The notes beneath the pieces were generated by a model that saw only the letters and a list, made by a program, of their open reading frames with translations, was not told the origin of the DNA and ran no database searches. This document shows positions 1-9,498 of a DNA stretch of 64,000 bases, piece after piece. Source of the stretch: Paraspadella gotoi. Lineage: Eukaryota; Animalia; Chaetognatha. The translations under genes were made by a program, and so were the position numbers. Positions within the stretch are counted from its first letter, which is position 1. Each line of letters starts with the position of its first letter. Location: positions 858,262 through 922,261 of the forward strand of contig JBJCIZ010000744.1 of assembly GCA_051294375.1 (NCBI GenBank). The letters run 5' to 3'.

Positions 1-1890
1 CCCCAAAACCCATTCTCTTCTTTATCCCCTCTTCACCATTCACCGGTCTCCAGAAGTTAGCATTCCTTACTACGCACCACCCACGATGACGTCTGACTAC
101 ATCAAGCCTCCTCTCATTCACCTCCTCTTCATCCTCCTCCCAGGGGTATTCGGGGCCGCGTTCACAGATTCAAGGTTCACCTTTTCTCTCTTTCTCCTAC
201 TAGTCTCTCCCCCTTTTCACCCTCATATTTCTTCGCCGTAATAGATTTTCCTGGACGTCAAATAATTTCCCCCGCATCTCAGACCATTACTTTCGTTGTG
301 GATTAGTTTATTATATTAATGAGGAAAAGCAAGCAAGATAGTTATTTTTTTATTTTATGCAACATAAATCTTCTATAGGTAGGAAAAAGATGCATTAACC
401 TCTGTTCCATGCGTATTTTGTCTCAATTTTTATTAGTATAAATACTATATAAACTATATATTTAAAACAATATTTATGAATATTTAATATTTTTAAATTA
501 TAACAATAATAAACGTTTAAAATTGCGCATGCGTCAGTTATTGTCAAATTGACCGTAAGACTAATTGGCATAATTTAGGCAGCCAGTTAAAAATCGGATC
601 GGATCTCTCATCTTGTTGAGACTGTTTAAAATTAAATAATTGTTAAATAAAGTATTACATATGTGTGATCACTTGTGTAAGACCGTTTTTGAAAATCTAA
701 TCCATCTTGATACACTACCAGAATCTGCTATAAGCAGATTCCGGCTAAAAAGAATTCTATTTTGTATAAATAATAAATTCATCATCTATTTTTAATTCGC
801 TGCCTCTTGTATTTTTGCCTGATCGCGGTATTCAATTTTAAATTAAAATTACGAAAGATATGATTTTTTTGGACATTTTTAGGCTATAAACATTTAATGT
901 ATCTATTAGATCCTTAACTTACTAAGTTTGAGTTTGTTAGGGATTTCCCTTCAATGGAAATAATTTAGTTTCACTTCTACAACAAATAATTGAAATTACA
1001 AAAGTAAAATTTATCTCAGTTTTTTCGAATCATGATTAATGACTAATCCTAGGACTACTGTCTATACAAATCAATGACTAAAGCGAGACTACTGTCTATA
1101 TGATAATGACTAATGTCTATCATATTCCTAACCTAAGAATAAAACGCGATGATTTATATAACAAGGAATAAGTAAACAAAACAAGATTCGAGTTACAAAA
1201 TAGTTATTTATTCCACAACCATATCAACAATTAGAGTTATTACGATGATAGTTTAATGATAATTTTCATTATACAGAATAAGAACTGTCACAAAAAAGGC
1301 TAAAGTGAACATCTTTTAGTCATAACAAATCAATTATTGCAAGTTGTTACTCTTTAGCTTTAACTAAGGCGCATAAACATTTTCATAAAACAACGAAATC
1401 AGAGTCACTAATAAAGATGAATGGTTTGTTCATATTCCTTAATTAAAAATTTAAGTCAACAAGTTCAATAAAATTAATTCATAAATACATCGGTTCTTAT
1501 CGAGTTTCTTGATTGTTGAAATGAGGTTAGAAGCAGATTTCATTTTGAGTTGACGAACACGAGTTCCACCGATTTTGTGGGGAAACTTTAAATGATAAAA
1601 GGAAAACTTTTATTAAAATTATAATCCGATATATTTAATATAATAATAATCGCGGCACAGAAACTAGCAATAAAAATCACTAGAAAAATGTTGTATTCAC
1701 CGTACAAATTTACATTATTAATTCTAATTTAACATGAAACATTGCTAAAAATTGACAATTTAACATTTATCAAAAAAGTTTATTCATCATTCGTAAACGT
1801 CGCTAATACTACTACATTTTTATCCAAAAAACAATTTTTTCAATTTAATACAAATGTCTTTTTTCGTTTAAACTAATTCGTTTTAATACT

Positions 1891-3668
1891 TTAAAAATAT
1901 TTAATTCGTCTTGCCTTTTTGTGGATCGAGTTTAGTCGGAGACTCGAATCTTGATGACGTGAGAGAGAGTCTCCCGATTCCTCGCTCTCCGCCAACGACG
2001 AAGACGCTCCACCCACGACGCGCCGCTCCGTGCTCCAGATCCTGGTTTCGCCTTCCTGCGCCGGAAGTTCGTCCCTTTGGCTCCACTCCTTCGTCCCAGG
2101 TCGAAGAGCCAAGTTCGCCCGTTACTTAATCAAGAGAATGCACGAAATAATATTAACTTCCAATATTTTAATACTTCAAGACAAACAAAAATACTAAACT
2201 TAAATTAAGCCGTTATACTGACGAATTTTTAATGAGATTAAAATTTAAAATATATGTCACGAGAAACCATTAAAAAAAATAAATAAAATAAATCTGTATT
2301 TATCTAATAAATAAAAATTAAAAAATATTTATGTACTCAAAGCATAGTATTTTCGATAATATATATATTTAGTAATACTACAAATGCTCCCGCCTCCTTT
2401 TCGCCAAAGTCAATACCTCCATAATCCTCTCCGCCGCCGACGAGAAAGAGTTGACGCTGACTGACGGCGGTCAGACTCCGCACCGAGCGAAGGCTTCGCC
2501 GCTGAGATGACGAGGATTTCCGTCCAAGAAGAAGACTTCATGTCGAAGCACCAAAGGTCGTCGAACAAACTCCTTTAAAGAATTGAATTTGGTTAAAACT
2601 TAAAAATATTCTGTCAAAACTATCAAACTCTAATTCAACTTAATATAACCTATTTAAACAAATATAGCTATTACTTAATGATAATCGCTAATAATTTTTT
2701 TAAAATAATTACAAAAAATATTTTTAAGATATAACCTAAAACATTTAAAAAACTGAAATTAACCTCGAATCCATTAAATCATCCCACCTGCATCCGCCCA
2801 AGACGTAAGCCTCGCCTTCACCGCCGCGCATCCCGCCTCCCTCTCGGCTGGTCTTGGTCCCTTCGTGTCGACTCCGCCCATCGCTTCGTCGACGGAGAGA
2901 AGCGGACGAGTTGGTTGGTGCGACCGTCGGAGTCTCTTTCGCGCTGTTCGACGCGCTTTGAGGTGCTGTCGACGCCGACGTTCGTCGCATGACCGCCGAA
3001 GAAGAAACAGTCTCCCCGTCTGTCCACGAGCACCTCAGCCTTCCACTCGGCGTCAGCCCTTTGCCAAGAGTCGCTTCCAACGTCGGGACAAACTATTTAA
3101 TATTTAAATTAATTTTAAACCTTAAGTGAAATTTTTTTAATCAGAACGTATTTAATTAAATTAGTTGAAAATACTTTTTAGGCTTTATTTTTTTAAATCT
3201 TGGTATAAAGGAAATTATTTAATTAAATTAAAAAATATCTGTTAAGTTTTACTTGATATTTTTGGTTTAAATCCTAAAATTAAATAAATCTTGATCGTAA
3301 TAAATCCTCACCTTTGATAAGAGTAGATCTCATTTCTTCTCTCTCCCACTCCCACCACCAAAGAAAAACAATAAACCGAGGACGACGAGTCCCGCCGCGC
3401 CCCACAGCCGGGCGGAACGTCGCCCTCGGTCTCATCTTTGGACCAATGGTTTGAGGGAGGATGGAGTCGCCACACTAATTCGGGGCGGAGGCGACCGTCT
3501 TCTCCCCTTGCTCGCTCCAAAGGACGGCAAGACGTGAATCTGATCATCGAGGTTCACCACGACGAGACCACTGGCGCCGGGAAATGAGGCCTCGGGATTC
3601 GAGGCGGAGGAATTGGGGATCAGAGTCATGGGCAGAGGAGAAGGGACAGAGATAGAGACAGGGAGATC
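1891..3668 (-). CDS. KLHDC2: Kelch-repeat protein, KLHDC1/KLHDC2-like (multi-exon; apparent frameshifts probably sequencing errors)
   Basis: GC-rich exons at about 3668-3311, 3092-2763, 2572-2385 and 2125-1891, the clearest with tttag acceptor and gtgagg donor. Translated pieces: ELVWRLHPPSNHWSKDETEGDVPPG (cf. KLHDC2 WKKINTEGDVPPS), CFFFGGH..TNQLVRFSPSTKRW, AYVLGG, LFDDLWCFDMKSSSWTEI, LFLVGG, HGAARRGWSVFVVGG. These show kelch hhhGG and W motifs. Additional small exons are possible near 1480-1590 and 3950-4230. Orthology to KLHDC2 versus KLHDC1 is not resolved. Confidence 0.7.
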
Positions 3669-4734
3669 TAAAGGAGAAAAGAAATGAAAAGCAAACTATT
3701 AAACCTTAATTTAAAGGTTCATTGTTCAAATTGCACGTTTTGAGAAAATTAAATTTAATCAAATTAGTAACATTTTTTAAAAAGATGTAGAGAACGCATT
3801 AAAAATATTCAATATCGTTGACATTGATGAAAAAAATTTAAAAAATTTCTGTTTTTAAAAATTTTTTTTATTTTTTACGTTTAACCGTCGTTATGAAAAA
3901 AATTAATAAATGAGGAAGAAAGAGAAAAGGAGAAAATTTAAATCTGGATCGAACCTTAACGAGAGCACCTCTTTTCTTTATCGAGGAAAGTCGATTTTTC
4001 TGGCTTGAGTGTGTTAGTTGTTAAACATAAAAGTTTATATATGTAAAAAAACATTCATTACTTACTCATATTATTTACACGAATCGAAAACCCTGCAAAT
4101 TCTTCACTAGTATATCATAAGTAAATAGTTATTTGATTCTCACTTCATGCGAACTTTGGCAAAAATTCTTTCTATCTTTTCATCTTAAACTTAATCGATC
4201 AAACATGTTTTCAACAAAGAAAAGAAGAATCTGAGCCTCACTTATATAATTAAGCTTTATCTAAATTATAAGTTATACAGGGGTGGGACCCTATATTAGG
4301 GGTAGCCGCACTCAATGGGGTGAGTCAAAAATTTAGAGTGAGTACAAGCTCAAACAAAAATTTTTAAGTATACTTTCAATGGACAAAAAAATTCTTATAT
4401 GGCTCTATACCTTAGTAATTAATTTTTTAATATTTATTTAAAGATAGGAAAGGCCAAAATTTTTTTTTTAAACTTAAATTTTAAGACCAGATTCAGATAG
4501 CCCATAAAAAGTTGTCTACACAAAGGATAATTTTTTTAAAAATATTTTTATCATAAGTAGGTCAAAATTAAGAAAAACCGTCATCATCATTATCTTTTGA
4601 TGATTTTATTAGTTTTTTTAGAATTTTGCTAAGAAAACGAAAGAATTTTTAAAAGCTGTAATTATATTCCTTGTTTAACTTTTTATGCTCTATCAGAATC
4701 CATCAAAAAATTTTAAAATTTCCAAAAAAAATTT

Positions 4735-5280
4735 TTTAGTCGGATCTGCTTTCAGCAGATCCCGACTCTATAATTCACTTTGTCGGGCATTCACTTATAT
4801 CATGTCAGAACATCGAATTATGATAAATTATGCCAAAAAAAACGATGTCCGTCCGTCCGTCCGTCCGTTCTGGCTCGATAGCGAGGCCCTGTGATATTTT
4901 CCGTCATCCACCCTACTAAGCTCTTATAGTGGTCCGTTCCGTCGTCTGTCCGTCCGTCCGTCCCACCTCAGCAAAAAACTCCGATTACTCGTGATTGGAT
5001 AGATGGATTGGAATGAAATTTTGTGTGTGGGTAGGGAAGTGGGTGATTGAGTTGGATATTAAGTTTCGATGGAATCGTCTGAGTGGAAAATGAGTTTAAA
5101 TGGAAAAAACAAAAAATAAATATTTCACTATTGAACACCAATTACTCATGAGTGGATTTGGCGATTGACTTGAAATTTTGTATTAGGTAGAAAAGTGTGT
5201 GATTAAACTGGAAATCATGTTTCGATGGAATCGTTTGAGGGGAAATGAGTTTAAATGAAAAAAACAAAGAACCTGTTTCA
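4735..5280 (+). mobile_element. Non-autonomous interspersed element, DINE-1/HINE (Helentron-associated)-like
   Basis: Starts after a T-run with hairpin gtcggatctgc-tttca-gcagatcccgac, has an internal (gtcc)n microsatellite, then a gattggaatgaaattttgtgtg block that is internally repeated. Related copies at about 11330-11575, 15540-15780, 30480-31050 and 37325-37570; the same hairpin appears inverted at 719-750. Confidence 0.55.
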
Positions 5281-5326
5281 CTAATTGATTATGCTTTCTT
5301 GTTCTTTTATTTTAAATGCAATTACA

Positions 5327-5545
5327 GGTATGGTGGAATAAAATCCACCAACCGTCTCATCAGCGCCCATTGGTGCCGGAGGCAAGTCATTCACCTCCCA
5401 ACCCAAAGGTCCGGGGTTCTAGCCCGGTGTCGTCTAGCAGTTAAGAGGGACGGGCCTCTTAACCGCCTGTAAAACGGTTATACAGCCTGATCAGAAGCGC
5501 AGGGACTGCTTATATTGAACGGTTCTGTCACCAAACACATAACAA
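5327..5545 (+). mobile_element. tRNA-derived SINE-like element, family A (left copy)
   Basis: A-box-like tggtgccggagg and B-box-like ggttctagccc in a tRNA-like head, a hairpin-rich body and a cacataac tail. It is the diverged reverse complement of 9283-9498. Confidence 0.6.
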
Positions 5546-5589
5546 TAATAACTGTCTCTTCAACATAATAAAATACATATATAATTTTC

Positions 5590-6220
5590 TAGTTTTCTAT
5601 TTCTTCCTCACTTGTAATATCGTATTGATTTCACCTGTTGTTGTTTTCACTGGTGCCCTGATTTGATGACTGGCGACTTTTCCGTCAAATGAGGATATTC
5701 CTTCTTCTGTCAGCGCAAGAATCAGCAAATCTTCAGTGTTGATCAACACCGGCCAATTTTGAAAATTTTATGTCGGCCAATTGAGACGATTAGGATCCAG
5801 GATAGTGACTGTAGTTTTTCAAGATTAATTTAATTCCTTTGGGAATTTTACAATCTTTACAAAGTGTAATATCCATGTGAAGTCTGAGACAATCAAAGAG
5901 TGGAATCGGATTAATCGTTTGAGTGGAGATAAACGAGAGAGAATCTTCTATTAATGGAAAAATCTTCTGTCAATATATTTGCTATGATTTGAGAATATTC
6001 TGGAGACATGAGAGCAAACTGTATTAGTTCGCAAAATGATTTGGCCGAATCTCCAATCATTCATTTCTGTACCATGTCCTGTGATATGTCTTACCACGTT
6101 TCTTATCACAATGCGACTCTTTCTTTATTCTCATTCTGTGTTGTCCGTAAAATAGCAACAGTGCAACGAAATGTAGAGAGAACAGAGTCAGTCAGTTTTG
6201 CTCGATGTTGGGGCTTTAAT
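5590..6220 (-). CDS. Probable frameshifted C-terminal continuation of the HEPN-NACHT protein
   Basis: After the TAA at 6216 a shifted frame reads PLKPQHRAKLTDSVLSTFRCTVAILRTTQNENKE, then MIGDSAKSFCELIQFALMSPEYSQIIANILTEDFSINRRF, then KNWPVLINTEDLLILALTEEGISSFDGKVASHQIRAPVK, in coding-like composition until about 5590. Confidence 0.5.
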
Positions 6221-8576
6221 GGTCATGACAACGCGTCAAATAGTAACTTAATATCAACTCTCTAAGATTACGATGATAAAACTTGAAAACTGACAATGTC
6301 CTTATTACCTGCTCGTCAAGTATTTGCTCATAAGTACTAAGTCTAAGTACAGACTCAACTTCTTTATCAGTCAGCGATGTCTCTTTGAGAGAAGATTTCA
6401 AAGTTTCCTCTTCCAGATTTTTAAATCCATGAAGCGAATTCCCATTGCTGAGAAAAACTGCTCTGCCAAGTGCAGTCAATAGCTGATTATTATTTTGCCT
6501 TATCTCTTCAAGTAAGTTCATTCTGATTATTTTCTTTCTCTGTTCTTTGTACTGTTCCTCCGTTATGTACCCTAAACTCAGTCTGTTCTCAAATAATTTT
6601 AATTCTCCCGACTTCATTGCCATAGCAACCAGGGCAAATAGAATATCAAGTATAGTTTTGATTTGTAGACTCAATAATCCTGCATCAATCAAGGCACAAT
6701 AAGCGACAGTGTACAAGGGTATTTTAATCCATGAATAGAATGTATCACTTAACTCGCATTCATTTTTAATATGTAGTCTCTTTCTATCTGAATCTTTAGT
6801 GAAAGGAAACTTGTTAACTAATTCCTCAATTTTTTCCTGATTCAAGTCATTGATTCTGAACTCAATCTCTTCTTTGTCTCCTAATTTCAAAACTTCTTTG
6901 CCTTCAGGTCGAGTGAGAAAGATTAATGCGCTTTTTGAATAGAAAGACTGACTTTCTTCAATGAATCGCATTGCGCCAGTTTGATCTTTGCTTTCATCAA
7001 GACTGTCGATCAACCACAAAATCTTGTCTTGTTGCTGATTAATAATTTCCTGCAGGACAATCAACTCGTTTTGAAACTGAGATTGGAGGCCAGAGTATTG
7101 AAGTAGCATATTTTCGAACAAGGTCTTTTTACAATCAACATCTTTCATATCTATTCTAATTACAGCATAGTATTCTTGAAGGTATTTTTCGTTTGCCCAT
7201 TCAAACATCAGTTTTTTTGAGGATAAAGTCTTTCCTCTTCCTCCTCCTGCAGCGATAACGACTCTCTTTTGTTTGTCTTCAAGGACATTTGATTCAATCA
7301 TATCTAACATAGTATTAAAGTCTGTGAGTTGGTAAAGTTCATCATCATTTTCTGTTTCATTTTCTTGAGAGGATTCATAGTCGATATCTGGTTCATTCTC
7401 GTCACCTGAATCTTCAGTCTGTTCAGTGAGAGATGTTGGTAATTCTCGCTTTGATGAGTCAGAATCTGAAAATGAATCTTGACTCGAAACTGTTGGTAAA
7501 TTACTCATTGTACCAGATTGACCCACAGTTTTTAATTTGGGTTCAGTTTTAATTGTTTTTTTTGTTGTCTTTGTCTCTTTTGTTGTCCCTGTCTCTTTTG
7601 TTAACTTAAATGAAGGATAGATTGAAACTTCATCTATTTTCAGCTTAATTTCAGTTCCAGGAACAGTAAATGTGGCTAGCTGTTTTTTGATTAAAGCTTT
7701 AAATTCGGTCTTAAATCTCTCGGCTAATTTGTTATCCTCTTTTGCCAACTGATGAAAATCTTTAGTTTTCAGTTGACAGAATTTTGTTTTCCATTCTTTT
7801 GCTAATTCCTTCTGATTGGAAAACAAACCGTCAGTGATTTGATAAAGTCTAGCAAAAAAGTATTCAAACTCGTCTAGAGTTGCTGCAGTTTTAACGGAAT
7901 GAGCATGTTTATTTCTAAAATCAACTAATGCAGTAAACCCTCCTTTCTTCTTTGTGATAAGGTTGATCACGTGATCGATAAATGTTATATCCACAGAAGA
8001 AAACAACGGGATATTCTTGCCATTTATAGGCTCGGATGTTTGATCATCATAAAATCTACATTCACACACTTTTTCATAATTTTCAGAAACCCAGTCTTTC
8101 CATAAATCTCCATTCTCCCATTCTTTCTTTGTTTTTTCTTCCAGTTTGATTCTTAAATAAACCTGAGCCATCACTTGAGAAAAATTCATTGCTGAATCCA
8201 TACGAGTCCGACGAATTTGTGGTTCAGTGTATAATTCACGAGATTTGAGATCAGGGTTAACGTCTTTACAATCTTCGTGAATTCCACTGGTTGATTCCTC
8301 TGTTGGATAATTGGGAGAATGTTCTATGGGAGTCGCTTTTGGTGATTCTTGATCATCGGTGCGTAGTAAAGGTTGACCAGAAGTTGAATCAGAAACAGGT
8401 TTTTTCTTTTTCTTCTTTCTTTTTTTCTTTTTCTTTTTCCCTTCATTGTTCAAAGTTTCTTCAGACGCGGGAGCTGAAACTGAAGTCATTTTCTTTTGAG
8501 ATTCTGAAAAATCTTGAGCTGGAATTTCCAATGATGCTTCTGACGAAGGAACTGAAGCGTCGGCCGCTTCCGCCAT
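6216..8576 (-). CDS. NLR-like protein: HEPN (DZIP3-like) domain plus NACHT NTPase
   Basis: ORF 6216-8600 with first ATG at 8576 (MAEAAD); splice acceptor at 8628. HEPN-type signature FSSVDITFIDHVI...LVDFRNKHAHS...LDEFEYFFARL (RxxxxH at 7899-7916). NACHT Walker A KRVVIAAGGGRGKTLSSKKLMFEWA (7227-7250), Walker B ILWLIDSLDE, sensor-1 LIFLTRP, IPLY motif and winged-helix FKFYHRNLRE. Confidence 0.88.
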   Translation of the reverse strand: MAEAADASVPSSEASLEIPAQDFSESQKKMTSVSAPASEETLNNEGKKKKKKRKKKKKKPVSDSTSGQPLLRTDDQESPKATPIEHSPNYPTEESTSGIHEDCKDVNPDLKSRELYTEPQIRRTRMDSAMNFSQVMAQVYLRIKLEEKTKKEWENGDLWKDWVSENYEKVCECRFYDDQTSEPINGKNIPLFSSVDITFIDHVINLITKKKGGFTALVDFRNKHAHSVKTAATLDEFEYFFARLYQITDGLFSNQKELAKEWKTKFCQLKTKDFHQLAKEDNKLAERFKTEFKALIKKQLATFTVPGTEIKLKIDEVSIYPSFKLTKETGTTKETKTTKKTIKTEPKLKTVGQSGTMSNLPTVSSQDSFSDSDSSKRELPTSLTEQTEDSGDENEPDIDYESSQENETENDDELYQLTDFNTMLDMIESNVLEDKQKRVVIAAGGGRGKTLSSKKLMFEWANEKYLQEYYAVIRIDMKDVDCKKTLFENMLLQYSGLQSQFQNELIVLQEIINQQQDKILWLIDSLDESKDQTGAMRFIEESQSFYSKSALIFLTRPEGKEVLKLGDKEEIEFRINDLNQEKIEELVNKFPFTKDSDRKRLHIKNECELSDTFYSWIKIPLYTVAYCALIDAGLLSLQIKTILDILFALVAMAMKSGELKLFENRLSLGYITEEQYKEQRKKIIRMNLLEEIRQNNNQLLTALGRAVFLSNGNSLHGFKNLEEETLKSSLKETSLTDKEVESVLRLSTYEQILDEQVIRTLSVFKFYHRNLRELILSYYLTRCHDH

Positions 8577-9014
8577 CTTAGTTGAATTGAGAGAAGTCAA
8601 TGAGTTTGAAGAAAGGCATCGATCGTTCTAGGAAAGGAAAAGAAGGCTATAATAATTAGTAAAATAAATTTAAATTTAAATCAATTTAAACCTAAAAGTG
8701 TGTCTTACCTATTTAGTACAAATTCATTAATGAAGAAATAGTTTGAGGCCAAAGAAAACCGAATGGATCTGCAAATAAATGGTGAAGTTATTCTCCTAAT
8801 GTTGTTTAAATCTAGTTAATTAAGTTAATTAAGTTGGTGTTTACATAACTAATGAGTACATCATAATTTAATACTCGCTAATGTCCAGGGTTATATATTT
8901 TATATATTTTCTCTCTCTCTCTGAACTCTGGGATAATAAATGTTCAATTATTTATCCTCAATTAAACGACTTTTTGCGGGGATATAAATGTAACTGCTGA
9001 AGATACAGTGATTA

Positions 9015-9265
9015 TTATTATGAAATTGGTACAACCAATATAAAAATTATCCATTCATTTAATAAATAAGCTATCTTGCCCCTGACTTTGGACAGGCTTT
9101 GGTGGTTTAAGGCCTCCATCACTCTTACAAGATAATGACATAGCAGGTCCCTGCAAGCTTTCAATCAAGACTCTCTCACAGTCTCGTTTATTCACTCCCA
9201 GAGTACCTGGCTTCCCTATCAATGAAGTGGTATAATATTCAAAGAATGTTTCAATTGTATGAAAA
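9015..9265 (+). repeat. Dispersed ~190-250 bp repeat (probable non-autonomous DNA transposon remnant)
   Basis: Block tatgaaattggtacaaccaatat...ctcccagag recurs at about 27695-27905, 34962-35210 and 40035-40240, and inverted and noisy at 24700-24905. It opens with the palindrome attggtacaaccaat. Confidence 0.7.
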
Positions 9266-9282
9266 GACCACTCCCTTAAGTA

Positions 9283-9498
9283 TTATGTGTTAATGACAGA
9301 AACGTTCAATGTAAGCAGTCCCTGAGATTCGGATCAGGATGTAACACCATGTTACAGGGGGGTTAAGCGCCCCATCCCTCTTAACTGCTTGGCGACCACC
9401 GAGCGAGAACCCTGGACCTTTGGGTTGGGAGGCGAATGACTTGCCTCCGGCACCAATGGGCGCTGATGAACGGTTGGTGAATTTTAGTCCACCATACC
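9283..9498 (-). mobile_element. tRNA-derived SINE-like element, family A (right copy, inverted relative to 5327-5545)
   Basis: Its reverse complement aligns end to end with 5327-5545. Duplicated at about 35227-35447 and partially at 13674-13720. Confidence 0.6.

Noticed and set aside
86-335. Small plus-strand secreted peptide (MTSDYIKPPLIHLLFILLPGVFGAAF...)
   Set aside because: Signal-peptide-like but very short, at the window edge, and without recognisable homology.
4275-4330. Tc1/mariner-type terminus (TA-CAGGGGTG)
   Set aside because: No matching inverted end or transposase was found in the window.
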